Part shown: piece by piece, positions 10,301 through 25,300 of the stretch
How the letters are laid out: the number at the start of each line of letters is the position of its first letter
How positions within the stretch are numbered: position 1 is the stretch's first letter
From: Proteromonas lacertae
Lineage: Eukaryota
Length of the DNA: 35,331 nucleotides
Assembly: GCA_002245135.1 (NCBI GenBank)
Contig: NGBS01001194.1
Span: 62,001-97,331 of the forward strand
Reading direction: 5' to 3'
Notes under the pieces: generated by a model
The model's database searches: none
Told to the model about the DNA's origin: nothing
The model's input: only the letters and a program-made list of their open reading frames with translations
Program-made: the position numbers and the translations under genes

Positions 10301-13300
10301 GGTTTAGGAGTAGGTTTACATGTGTCTTGTTTTATATTTTTAGCTATTAATTCAGCAATTGTATTATCAGCTGTTTTGATTTCTATGGCATTATATGTTC
10401 CATCAGATGGACTAACAAATGTAGCTTTATCATTTTTATCATCTATTGGATAGGCTATTGTAAATTCACCTAAAACAGTAGCACATTTAGATGGTTCAGT
10501 TTTACAATCATTTAATTCTTCACTGTTTGCATCAATTATACATTCAAAATCATTCTTTGGTATATATTTTGTTCCTGTTATTGTTCTTCCGTCATCACTC
10601 TTCGCAGTACTAGTTTCAGCAATATAATGAGTAAAACTTTCTCCTTTCATCTTTATTATATCAGTTCCTTTGATATAGAATTTTGTATCAGAATCTTTTG
10701 CTAAACTAAATGTTAAGATTGCATCAACTGGCACTTCGGGTGGATTTACAGGTTTAGGAGTAGGTTTACATGTGTCTTGTTTTATATTTTTAGCTATTAA
10801 TTCAGCAATTGTATTATCAGCTGTTTTGATTTCTATGGGCATTATATGTTCCATCAGATGGACTAACAAATGTAGCTTTATCATTTTTATCATCTATTGG
10901 ATAGGCTTATTGTAAATTCACCTAAAACAGTAGCACATTTAGATGGTTCAGTTTTACAATCATTTAATTCTTCACTGTTTGTATCAATTATACATTCAAA
11001 ATCATTCTTTGGTATATATTTTGTTCCTGTTATTGTTCTTCCGTCATCACTCTTCGCAGTACTAGTTTCAGCAATATAATGAGTAAAACTTTCTCCTTTC
11101 ATCTTTATTATATCAGTTCCTTTGATATAGAATTTTGTATCAGAATCTTTTTGGCTAAACTAAATGTTAAGATTGCATCAACTGGCACTTCGGGTGGATT
11201 TACAGGTTTAGGAGTAGGTTTACATGTGTCTTGTTTTATATTTTTAGCTATTAATTCAGCAATTGTATTATCAGCTGTTTTGATTTCTATGGCATTATAT
11301 GTTCCATCAGATGGACTAACAAATGTAGCTTTATCATTTTTATCATCTATTGGATAGGCTATTGTAAATTCACCTAAAACAGTAGCACATTTAGATGGTT
11401 CAGTTTTACAATCATTTAATTCTTCACTGTTTGTATCAATTATACATTCAAAATCATTCTTTGGTATATATTTTGTTCCTGTTATTGTTCTTCCGTCATC
11501 ACTTCTTCGCAGTACTAGTTTCAGCAATATAATGAGTAAAACTTTCTCCTTTCATCTTTATTATATCAGTTCCTTTGATATAGAATTTTGTATCAGAATC
11601 TTTTGCTAAACTAAATGTTAAGATTGCATCAACTGGCACTTCGGGTGGATTTACAGGTTTAGGAGTAGGTTTACATGTGTCTTGTTTTATATTTTTAGCT
11701 ATTAATTCAGCAATTGTATTATCAGCTGTTTTGATTTCTATGGCATTATATGTTCCATCAGATGGACTAACAAATGTAGCTTTATCATTTTTTATCAATC
11801 TATTGGATAGGCTATTGTAAATTCACCTAAAACAGTAGCACATTTAGATGGTTCAGTTTTACAATCATTTAATTCTTCACTGTTTGTATCAATTATACAT
11901 TCAAAATCATTCTTGGTATATATTTTGTTCCTGTTATTGTTCTTCCGTCATCACTCTTCGCAGTACTAGTTTCAGCAATATAATGAGTAAAACTTTCTCC
12001 TTTCATCTTTATTATATCAGTTCCTTTGATATAGAATTTTGTATCAGAATCTTTTGCTAAACTAAATGTTAAGATTGCATCAACTGGCACTTCGGGTGGA
12101 TTTACAGGTTTAGGAGTAGGTTTACATGTGTCTTGTTTTATATTTTTAGCTATTAATTCAGCAATTGTATTATCAGCTGTTTTGATTTCTATGGCATTAT
12201 ATGTTCCATCAGATGGACTAACAAATGTAGCTTTATCATTTTTATCATCTATTGGATAGGCTATTGTAAATTCACCTAAACAGTAGCACATTTAGATGGT
12301 TCAGTTTTACAATCATTTAATTCTTCACTGTTTGCTATCAATTATACATTCAAAATCATTCTTTGGTATATATTTTGTTCCTGTTATTGTTCTTCCGTCA
12401 TCACTCTTCGCAGTACTAGTTTCAGCAATATAATGAGTAAAACTTTCTCCTTTCATCTTTATTATATCAGTTCCTTTGATATAGAATTTTGTATCAGAAT
12501 CTTTTGCTAAACTAAATGTTAAGATTGCATCAACTGGCACTTCGGGTGGATTTACAGGTTTAGGAGTAGGTTTACATGTGTCTTGTTTTATATTTTTAGC
12601 TATTAATTCAGCAATTGTATTATCAGCTGTTTTGATTTCTATGGCATTATATGTTCCATCAGATGGACTAACAAATGTAGCTTTATCATTTTTATCATCT
12701 ATTGGATAGGCTATTGTAAATTCACCTAAAACAGTAGCACATTTAGATGGTTCAGTTTTACAATCATTTAATTCTTCACTGTTTGTATCAATTATACATT
12801 CAAAATCATTCTTTGGTATATATTTTGTTCCTGTTATTGTTCTTCCGTCATCACTCTTCGCAGTACTAGTTTCAGCAATATAATGAGTAAAACTTTCTCC
12901 TTTCATCTTTATTATATCAGTTCCTTTGATATAGAATTTTGTATCAGAATCTTTTTGCTAAACTAAATGTTAAGATTGCATCAACTGGCACTTCGGGTGG
13001 ATTTACAGGTTTAGGAGTAGGTTTACATGTGTCTTGTTTTATATTTTTAGCTATTAATTCAGCAATTGTATTATCAGCTGTTTTGATTTCTATGGCATTA
13101 TATGTTCCATCAGATGGACTAACAAATGTAGCTTTATCATTTTTATCATCTATTGGATAGGCTATTGTAAATTCACCTAAAACAGTAGCACATTTAGATG
13201 GTTCAGTTTTACAATCATTTAATTCTTCACTGTTTGTATCAATTATACATTCAAAATCATTCTTTGGTATATATTTTGTTCCTGTTATTGTTCTTCCGTC

Positions 13301-16300
13301 ATCACTCTTCGCAGTACTAGTTTCAGCAATATAATGAGTAAAACTTTCTCCTTTCATCTTTATTATATCAGTTCCTTTGATATAGAATTTTGTATCAGAA
13401 TCTTTTGCTAAACTAAATGTTAAGATTGCATCAACTGGCACTTCGGGTGGATTTACAGGTTTAGGAGTAGGTTTACATGTGTCTTGTTTTATATTTTTAG
13501 CTATTAATTCAGCAATTGTATTATCAGCTGTTTTGATTTCTATGGCATTATATGTTCCATCAGATGGACTAACAAATGTAGCTTTATCATTTTTATCATC
13601 TATTGGATAGGCTATTGTAAATTCACCTAAAACAGTAGCACATTTAGATGGTTCAGTTTTACAATCATTTAATTCTTCACTGTTTGTATCAATTATACAT
13701 TCAAAATCATTCTTTGGTATATATTTTGTTCCTGTTATTGTTCTTCCGTCATCACTCTTCGCAGTACTAGTTTCAGCAATATAATGAGTAAAACTTTCTC
13801 CTTTCATCTTTATTATATCAGTTCCTTTGATATAGAATTTTGTATCAGAATCTTTTGCTAAACTAAATGTTAAGATTGCATCAACTGGCACTTCGGGTGG
13901 ATTTACAGGTTTAGGAGTAGGTTTACATGTGTCTTGTTTTATATTTTTAGCTATTAATTCAGCAATTGTATTATCAGCTGTTTTGATTTCTATGGCATTA
14001 TATGTTCCATCAGATGGACTAACAAATGTAGCTTTATCATTTTTATCATCTATTGGATAGGCTATTGTAAATTCACCTAAAACAGTAGCACATTTAGATG
14101 GTTCAGTTTTACAATCATTTAATTCTTCACTGTTTGTATCAATTATACATTCAAAATCATTCTTTGGTATATATTTTGTTCCTGTTATTGTTCTTCCGTC
14201 ATCATTCTTCGCAGTACTAGTTTCAGCAATATAATGAGTAAAACTTTCTCCTTTCATCTTTATTATATCAGTTCCTTTGATATAGAATTTTGTATCAGAA
14301 TCTTTTGCTAAACTAAATGTTAAGATTGCATCAACTGGCACTTCGGGTGGATTTACAGGTTTAGGAGTAGGTTTACATGTGTCTTGTTTTATATTTTTAG
14401 CTATTAATTCAGCAATTGTATTATCAGCTGTTTTGATTTCTATGGCATTATATGTTCCATCAGATGGACTAACAAATGTAGCTTTATCATTTTTATCATC
14501 TATTGGATAGGCTATTGTAAATTCACCTAAAACAGTAGCACATTTAGATGGTTCAGTTTTACAATCATTTAATTCTTCACTGTTTGCATCAATTATACAT
14601 TCAAAATCATTCTTTGGTATATATTTTGTTCCTGTTATTGTTCTTCCGTCATCACTCTTCGCAGTACTAGTTTCAGCAATATAATGAGTAAAACTTTCTC
14701 CTTTCATCTTTATTATATCAGTTCCTTTGATATAGAATTTTGTATCAGAATCTTTTGCTAAACTAAATGTTAAGATTGCATCAACTGGCACTTCGGGTGG
14801 ATTTACAGGTTTAGGAGTAGGTTTACATGTGTCTTGTTTTATATTTTTAGCTATTAATTCAGCAATTGTATTATCAGCTGTTTTGATTTCTATGGCATTA
14901 TATGTTCCATCAGATGGACTAACAAATGTAGCTTTATCATTTTTATCATCTATTGGATAGGCTATTGTAAATTCACCTAAAACAGTAGCACATTTAGATG
15001 GTTCAGTTTTACAATCATTTAATTCTTCACTGTTTGCATCAATTATACATTCAAAATCATTCTTTGGTATATATTTTGTTCCTGTTATTGTTCTTCCGTC
15101 ATCACTCTTCGCAGTACTAGTTTCAGCAATATAATGAGTAAAACTTTCTCCTTTCATCTTTATTATATCAGTTCCTTTGATATAGAATTTTGTATCAGAA
15201 TCTTTTGCTAAACTAAATGTTAAGATTGCATCAACTGGCACTTCGGGTGGATTTACAGGTTTAGGAGTAGGTTTACATGTGTCTTGTTTTATATTTTTAG
15301 CTATTAATTCAGCAATTGTATTATCAGCTGTTTTGATTTCTATGGCATTATATGTTCCATCAGATGGACTAACAAATGTAGCTTTATCATTTTTATCATC
15401 TATTGGATAGGCTATTGTAAATTCACCTAAAACAGTAGCACATTTAGATGGTTCAGTTTTACAATCATTTAATTCTTCACTGTTTGTATCAATTATACAT
15501 TCAAAATCATTCTTTGGTATATATTTTGTTCCTGTTATTGTTCTTCCGTCATCACTCTTCGCAGTACTAGTTTCAGCAATATAATGAGTAAAACTTTCTC
15601 CTTTCATCTTTATTATATCAGTTCCTTTGATATAGAATTTTGTATCAGAATCTTTTGCTAAACTAAATGTTAAGATTGCATCAACTGGCACTTCGGGTGG
15701 ATTTACAGGTTTAGGAGTAGGTTTACATGTGTCTTGTTTTATATTTTTAGCTATTAATTCAGCAATTGTATTATCAGCTGTTTTGATTTCTATGGCATTA
15801 TATGTTCCATCAGATGGACTAACAAATGTAGCTTTATCATTTTTATCATCTATTGGATAGGCTATTGTAAATTCACCTAAAACAGTAGCACATTTAGATG
15901 GTTCAGTTTTACAATCATTTAATTCTTCACTGTTTGCATCAATTATACATTCAAAATCATTCTTTGGTATATATTTTGTTCCTGTTATTGTTCTTCCGTC
16001 ATCACTCTTCGCAGTACTAGTTTCAGCAATATAATGAGTAAAACTTTCTCCTTTCATCTTTATTATATCAGTTCCTTTGATATAGAATTTTGTATCAGAA
16101 TCTTTTGCTAAACTAAATGTTAAGATTGCATCAACTGGCACTTCGGGTGGATTTACAGGTTTAGGAGTAGGTTTACATGTGTCTTGTTTTATATTTTTAG
16201 CTATTAATTCAGCAATTGTATTATCAGCTGTTTTGATTTCTATGGCATTATATGTTCCATCAGATGGACTAACAAATGTAGCTTTATCATTTTTATCATC

Positions 16301-19300
16301 TATTGGATAGGCTATTGTAAATTCACCTAAAACAGTAGCACATTTAGATGGTTCAGTTTTACAATCATTTAATTCTTCACTGTTTGCATCAATTATACAT
16401 TCAAAATCATTCTTTGGTATATATTTTGTTCCTGTTATTGTTCTTCCGTCATCACTTCTTCGCAGTACTAGTTTCAGCAATATAATGAGTAAAACTTTCT
16501 CCTTTCATCTTTATTATATCAGTTCCTTTGATATAGAATTTTGTATCAGAATCTTTTGCTAAACTAAATGTTAAGATTGCATCAACTGGCACTTCGGGTG
16601 GATTTACAGGTTTAGGAGTAGGTTTACATGTGTCTTGTTTTATATTTTTAGCTATTAATTCAGCAATTGTATTATCAGCTGTTTTGATTTCTATGGCATT
16701 ATATGTTCCATCAGATGGACTAACAAATGTAGCTTTATCATTTTTATCATCTATTGGATAGGCTATTGTAAATTCACCTAAAACAGTAGCACATTTAGAT
16801 GGTTCAGTTTTACAATCATTTAATTCTTCACTGTTTGCATCAATTATACATTCAAAATCATTCTTTGGTATATATTTTGTTCCTGTTATTGTTCTTCCGT
16901 CATCACTCTTCGCAGTACTAGTTTCAGCAATATAATGAGTAAAACTTTCTCCTTTCATCTTTATTATATCAGTTCCTTTGATATAGAATTTTGTATCAGA
17001 ATCTTTTGCTAAACTAAATGTTAAGATTGCATCAACTGGCACTTCGGGTGGATTTACAGGTTTAGGAGTAGGTTTACATGTGTCTTGTTTTATATTTTTA
17101 GCTATTAATTCAGCAATTGTATTATCAGCTGTTTTGATTTCTATGGCATTATATGTTCCATCAGATGGACTAACAAATGTAGCTTTATCATTTTTATCAT
17201 CTATTGGATAGGCTATTGTAAATTCACCTAAAACAGTAGCACATTTAGATGGTTCAGTTTTACAATCATTTAATTCTTCACTGTTTGCTATCAATTATAC
17301 ATTCAAAATCATTCTTTGGTATATATTTTGTTCCTGTTATTGTTCTTCCGTCATCACTCTTCGCAGTACTAGTTTCAGCAATATAATGAGTAAAACTTTC
17401 TCCTTTCATCTTTATTATATCAGTTCCTTTGATATAGAATTTTGTATCAGAATCTTTTGCTAAACTAAATGTTAAGATTGCATCAACTGGCACTTCGGGT
17501 GGATTTACAGGTTTAGGAGTAGGTTTACATGTGTCTTGTTTTATATTTTTAGCTATTAATTCAGCAATTGTATTATCAGCTGTTTTGATTTCTATGGCAT
17601 TATATGTTCCATCAGATGGACTAACAAATGTAGCTTTATCATTTTTATCATCTATTGGATAGGCTATTGTAAATTCACCTAAAACAGTAGCACATTTAGA
17701 TGGTTCAGTTTTACAATCATTTAATTCTTCACTGTTTGTATCAATTATACATTCAAAATCATTCTTTGGTATATATTTTGTTCCTGTTATTGTTCTTCCG
17801 TCATCATTCTTCGCCAGTACTAGTTTCAGCAATATAATGAGTAAAACTTTCTCCTTTCATCTTTATTATATCAGTTCCTTTGATATAGAATTTTGTATCA
17901 GAATCTTTTGCTAAACTAAATGTTAAGATTGCATCAACTGGCACTTCGGGTGGATTTACAGGTTTAGGAGTAGGTTTACATGTGTCTTGTTTTATATTTT
18001 TAGCTATTAATTCAGCAATTGTATTATCAGCTGTTTTGATTTCTATGGCATTATATGTTCCATCAGATGGACTAACAAATGTAGCTTTATCATTTTTATC
18101 ATCTATTGGATAGGCTATTGTAAATTCACCTAAAACAGTAGCACATTTAGATGGTTCAGTTTTACAATCATTTAATTCTTCACTGTTTGCATCAATTATA
18201 CATTCAAAATCATTCTTTGGTATATATTTTGTTCCTGTTATTGTTCTTCCGTCATCACTTCTTCGCAGTACTAGTTTCAGCAATATAATGAGTAAAACTT
18301 TCTCCTTTCATCTTTATTATATCAGTTCCTTTGATATAGAATTTTGTATCAGAATCTTTTGCTAAACTAAATGTTAAGATTGCATCAACTGGCACTTCGG
18401 GTGGATTTACAGGTTTAGGAGTAGGTTTACATGTGTCTTGTTTTATATTTTTAGCTATTAATTCAGCAATTGTATTATCAGCTGTTTTGATTTCTATGGC
18501 ATTATATGTTCCATCAGATGGACTAACAAATGTAGCTTTATCATTTTATCATCTATTGGATAGGCTATTGTAAATTCACCTAAAACAGTAGCACATTTAG
18601 ATGGTTCAGTTTTACAATCATTTAATTCTTCACTGTTTGTATCAATTATACATTCAAAATCATTCTTTGGTATATATTTTGTTCCTGTTATTGTTCTTCC
18701 GTCATCACTCTTCGCAGTACTAGTTTCAGCAATATAATGAGTAAAACTTTCTCCTTTCATCTTTATTATATCAGTTCCTTTGATATAGAATTTTGTATCA
18801 GAATCTTTTGCTAAACTAAATGTTAAGATTGCATCAACTGGCACTTCGGGTGGATTTACAGGTTTAGGAGTAGGTTTACATGTGTCTTGTTTTATATTTT
18901 TAGCTATTAATTCAGCAATTGTATTATCAGCTGTTTTGATTTCTATGGCATTATATGTTCCATCAGATGGACTAACAAATGTAGCTTTATCATTTTATCA
19001 TCTATTGGATAGGCTATTGTAAATTCACCTAAAACAGTAGCACATTTAGATGGTTCAGTTTTACAATCATTTAATTCTTCACTGTTTGTATCAATTATAC
19101 ATTCAAAATCATTCTTTGGTATATATTTTGTTCCTGTTATTGTTCTTCCGTCATCACTCTTCGCAGTACTAGTTTCAGCAATATAATGAGTAAAACTTTC
19201 TCCTTTCATCTTTATTATATCAGTTCCTTTGATATAGAATTTTGTATCAGAATCTTTTGCTAAACTAAATGTTAAGATTGCATCAACTGGCACTTCGGGT

Positions 19301-22300
19301 GGATTTACAGGTTTAGGAGTAGGTTTACATGTGTCTTGTTTTATATTTTTAGCTATTAATTCAGCAATTGTATTATCAGCTGTTTTGATTTCTATGGCAT
19401 TATATGTTCCATCAGATGGACTAACAAATGTAGCTTTATCATTTTTATCATCTATTGGATAGGCTATTGTAAATTCACCTAAAACAGTAGCACATTTAGA
19501 TGGTTCAGTTTTACAATCATTTAATTCTTCACTGTTTGTATCAATTATACATTCAAAATCATTCTTTGGTATATATTTTGTTCCTGTTATTGTTCTTCCG
19601 TCATCATTCTTCGCAGTACTAGTTTCAGCAATATAATGAGTAAAACTTTCTCCTTTCATCTTTATTATATCAGTTCCTTTGATATAGAATTTTGTATCAG
19701 AATCTTTTGCTAAACTAAATGTTAAGATTGCATCAACTGGCACTTCGGGTGGATTTACAGGTTTAGGAGTAGGTTTACATGTGTCTTGTTTTATATTTTT
19801 AGCTATTAATTCAGCAATTGTATTATCAGCTGTTTTGATTTCTATGGCATTATATGTTCCATCAGATGGACTAACAAATGTAGCTTTATCATTTTTATCA
19901 TCTATTGGATAGGCTATTGTAAATTCACCTAAAACAGTAGCACATTTAGATGGTTCAGTTTTACAATCATTTAATTCTTCACTGTTTGCATCAATTATAC
20001 ATTCAAAATCATTCTTTGGTATATATTTTGTTCCTGTTATTGTTCTTCCGTCATCACTCTTCGCAGTACTAGTTTCAGCAATATAATGAGTAAAACTTTC
20101 TCCTTTCATCTTTATTATATCAGTTCCTTTGATATAGAATTTTGTATCAGAATCTTTTGCTAAACTAAATGTTAAGATTGCATCAACTGGCACTTCGGGT
20201 GGATTTACAGGTTTAGGAGTAGGTTTACATGTGTCTTGTTTTATATTTTTAGCTATTAATTCAGCAATTGTATTATCAGCTGTTTTGATTTCTATGGCAT
20301 TATATGTTCCATCAGATGGACTAACAAATGTAGCTTTATCATTTTTATCATCTATTGGATAGGCTATTGTAAATTCACCTAAAACAGTAGCACATTTAGA
20401 TGGTTCAGTTTTACAATCATTTAATTCTTCACTGTTTGCATCAATTATACATTCAAAATCATTCTTTGGTATATATTTTGTTCCTGTTATTGTTCTTCCG
20501 TCATCACTCTTCGCAGTACTAGTTTCAGCAATATAATGAGTAAAACTTTCTCCTTTCATCTTTATTATATCAGTTCCTTTGATATAGAATTTTGTATCAG
20601 AATCTTTTGCTAAACTAAATGTTAAGATTGCATCAACTGGCACTTCGGGTGGATTTACAGGTTTAGGAGTAGGTTTACATGTGTCTTGTTTTATATTTTT
20701 AGCTATTAATTCAGCAATTGTATTATCAGCTGTTTTGATTTCTATGGCATTATATGTTCCATCAGATGGACTAACAAATGTAGCTTTATCATTTTTATCA
20801 TCTATTGGATAGGCTATTGTAAATTCACCTAAAACAGTAGCACATTTAGATGGTTCAGTTTTACAATCATTTAATTCTTCACTGTTTGTATCAATTATAC
20901 ATTCAAAATCATTCTTTGGTATATATTTTGTTCCTGTTATTGTTCTTCCGTCATCACTCTTCGCAGTACTAGTTTCAGCAATATAATGAGTAAAACTTTC
21001 TCCTTTCATCTTTATTATATCAGTTCCTTTGATATAGAATTTTGTATCAGAATCTTTTGCTAAACTAAATGTTAAGATTGCATCAACTGGCACTTCGGGT
21101 GGATTTACAGGTTTAGGAGTAGGTTTACATGTGTCTTGTTTTATATTTTTAGCTATTAATTCAGCAATTGTATTATCAGCTGTTTTGATTTCTATGGCAT
21201 TATATGTTCCATCAGATGGACTAACAAATGTAGCTTTATCATTTTTATCATCTATTGGATAGGCTATTGTAAATTCACCTAAAACAGTAGCACATTTAGA
21301 TGGTTCAGTTTTACAATCATTTAATTCTTCACTGTTTGCATCAATTATACATTCAAAATCATTCTTTGGTATATATTTTTGTTCCTGTTATTGTTCTTCC
21401 GTCATCACTCTTCGCCAGTACTAGTTTCAGCAATATAATGAGTAAAACTTTCTCCTTTCATCTTTATTATATCAGTTCCTTTGATATAGAATTTTGTATC
21501 AGAATCTTTTGCCTAAACTAAATGTTAAGATTGCATCAACTGGCACTTCGGGTGGATTTACAGGTTTAGGAGTAGGTTTACATGTGTCTTGTTTTATATT
21601 TTTAGCTATTAATTCAGCAATTGTATTATCAGCTGTTTTGATTTCTATGGCATTATATGTTCCATCAGATGGACTAACAAATGTAGCTTTATCATTTTTA
21701 TCATCTATTGGATAGGCTATTGTAAATTCACCTAAAACAGTAGCACATTTTAGATGGTTCAGTTTTACAATCATTTAATTCTTCACTGTTTGCATCAATT
21801 ATACATTCAAAATCATTCTTTGGTATATATTTTGTTCCTGTTATTGTTCTTCCGTCATCACTCTTCGCAGTACTAGTTTCAGCAATATAATGAGTAAAAC
21901 TTTCTCCTTTCATCTTTATTATATCAGTTCCTTTGATATAGAATTTTGTATCAGAATCTTTTGCTAAACTAAATGTTAAGATTGCATCAACTGGCACTTC
22001 GGGTGGATTTAACAGGTTTAGGAGTAGGTTTACATGTGTCTTGTTTTATATTTTTAGCTATTAATTCAGCAATTGTATTATCAGCTGTTTTGATTTCTAT
22101 GGCATTATATGTTCCATCAGATGGACTAACAAATGTAGCTTTATCATTTTTATCATCTATTGGATAGGCTATTGTAAATTCACCTAAAACAGTAGCACAT
22201 TTAGATGGTTCAGTTTTACAATCATTTAATTCTTCACTGTTTGCATCAATTATACATTCAAAATCATTCTTTGGTATATATTTTGTTCCTGTTATTGTTC

Positions 22301-25300
22301 TTCCGTCATCACTCTTCGCAGTACTAGTTTCAGCAATATAATGAGTAAAACTTTCTCCTTTCATCTTTATTATATCAGTTCCTTTGATATAGAATTTTGT
22401 ATCAGAATCTTTTGCTAAACTAAATGTTAAGATTGCATCAACTGGCACTTCGGGTGGATTTACAGGTTTAGGAGTAGGTTTACATGTGTCTTGTTTTATA
22501 TTTTTAGCTATTAATTCAGCAATTGTATTATCAGCTGTTTTGATTTCTATGGCATTATATGTTCCATCAGATGGACTAAACAAATGTAGCTTTATCATTT
22601 TTATCATCTATTGGATAGGCTATTGTAAATTCACCTAAAACAGTAGCACATTTAGATGGTTCAGTTTTACAATCATTTAATTCTTCCACTGTTTGCATCA
22701 ATTATACATTCAAAATCATTCTTTGGTATATATTTTGTTCCTGTTATTGTTCTTCCGTCATCACTCTTCGCAGTACTAGTTTCAGCAATATAATGAGTAA
22801 AACTTTCTCCTTTCATCTTTATTATATCAGTTCCTTTGATATAGAATTTTGTATCAGAATCTTTTGCTAAACTAAATGTTAAGATTGCATCAACTGGCAC
22901 TTCGGGTGGATTTACAGGTTTAGGAGTAGGTTTACATGTGTCTTGTTTTATATTTTTAGCTATTAATTCAGCAATTGTATTATCAGCTGTTTTGATTTCT
23001 ATGGCATTATATGTTCCATCAGATGGACTAACAAATGTAGCTTTATCATTTTTATCATCTATTGGATAGGCTATTGTAAATTCACCTAAAACAGTAGCAC
23101 ATTTAGATGGTTCAGTTTTACAATCATTTAATTCTTCACTGTTTGCATCAATTATACATTCAAAATCATTCTTTGGTATATATTTTGTTCCTGTTATTGT
23201 TCTTCCGTCATCATTCTTCGCAGTACTAGTTTCAGCAATATAATGAGTAAAACTTTCTCCTTTCATCTTTATTATATCAGTTCCTTTGATATAGAATTTT
23301 GTATCAGAATCTTTTGCTAAACTAAATGTTAAGATTGCATCAACTGGCACTTCGGGTGGATTTACAGGTTTAGGAGTAGGTTTACATGTGTCTTGTTTTA
23401 TATTTTTAGCTATTAATTCAGCAATTGTATTATCAGCTGTTTTGATTTCTATGGCATTATATGTTCCATCAGATGGACTAACAAATGTAGCTTTATCATT
23501 TTTATCATCTATTGGATAGGCTATTGTAAATTCACCTAAAACAGTAGCACATTTAGATGGTTCAGTTTTACAATCATTTAATTCTTCACTGTTTGCATCA
23601 ATTATACATTCAAAATCATTCTTTGGTATATATTTTGTTCCTGTTATTGTTCTTCCGTCATCACTCTTCGCAGTACTAGTTTCAGCAATATAATGAGTAA
23701 AAACTTTCTCCTTTCATCTTTATTATATCAGTTCCTTTGATATAGAATTTTGTATCAGAATCTTTGCTAAACTAAATGTTTAAGATTGCATCAACTGGCA
23801 CTTCGGGTGGATTTACAGGTTTAGGAGTAGGTTTACATGTGTCTTGTTTTATATTTTTAGCTATTAATTCAGCAATTGTATTATCAGCCTGTTTTTGATT
23901 TCTATGGCATTATATGTTCCATCAGATGGACTAACAAATGTAGCTTTATCATTTTTATCATCTATTGGATAGGCTATTGTAAATTCACCTAAAACAGTAG
24001 CACATTTAGATGGTTCAGTTTTACCAATCATTTAATTCTTCACTGTTTGTATCAATTATACATCAAAATCATTCTTTGGTATATATTTTGTTCCTGTTAT
24101 TGTTCTTCCGTCATCACTCTTCGCAGTACTAGTTTCAGCAATTATAATGAGTAAAACTTTCTCCTTTCATCTTTATTATATCAGTTCCTTGATATAGAAT
24201 TTTGTATCAGAATCTTTTGCTAAACTAAATGTTAAGATTGCATCAACTGGCACTTCGGGTGGATTTACAGGTTTAGGAGTAGGTTTACATGTGTCTTGTT
24301 TTATATTTTTAGCTATTAATTCAGCAATGTATTATCAGGCTGTTTTGATTTCTATGGCATTATATGTTCCATCAGATGGACTAACAAATGTAGCTTTATC
24401 ATTTTATCATCTATTGGATAGGCTATTGTAAATTCACCTAAAACAGTAGCACATTTAGATGGTTCAGTTTTACAATCATTTAATTCTTCACTGTTTGTAT
24501 CAATTATACATTCAAAATCATTCTTTGGTATATATTTTGTTCCTGTTATTGTTTCTTCCGTCATCACTCTTCGCAGTACTAGTTTCAGCAATATAATGAG
24601 TAAAACTTTCTCCTTTCATCTTTATTATATCAGTTCCTTTGATATAGAATTTTGTATCAGAATCTTTTGCTAAACTAAATGTTAAGATTGCATCAACTGG
24701 CACTTCGGGTGGATTTACAGGTTTAGGAGTAGGTTTACATGTGTCTTGTTTTATATTTTTAGCTATTAATTCAGCAATTGTATTATCAGCTGTTTTGATT
24801 TCTATGGCATTATATGTTCCATCAGATGGACTAACAAATGTAGCTTTATCATTTTTATCATCTATTGGATAGGCTATTGTAAATTCACCTAAAACAGTAG
24901 CACATTTAGATGGTTCAGTTTTACAATCATTTAATTCTTCACTGTTTGTATTTATACATTCAAAATCATTCTTTGGTATATATTTTGTTCCTGTTATTGT
25001 TCTTCCGTCATCATCTTCGCAGTACTAGTTTCAGCAATATAATGAGTAAAACTTTCTCCTTTCATCTTTATTATATCAGTTCCTTTGATATAGAATTTTG
25101 TATCAGAATCTTTTGCTAAACTAAATGTTAAGATTGCATCAACTGGCACTTCGGGTGGATTTACAGGTTTAGGAGTAGGTTTACATGTGTCTTGTTTTAT
25201 ATTTTTAGCTATTAATTCAGCAATTGTATTATCAGCTGTTTTGATTTCTATGGCATTATATGTTCCATCAGATGGACTAACAAATGTAGCTTTATCATTT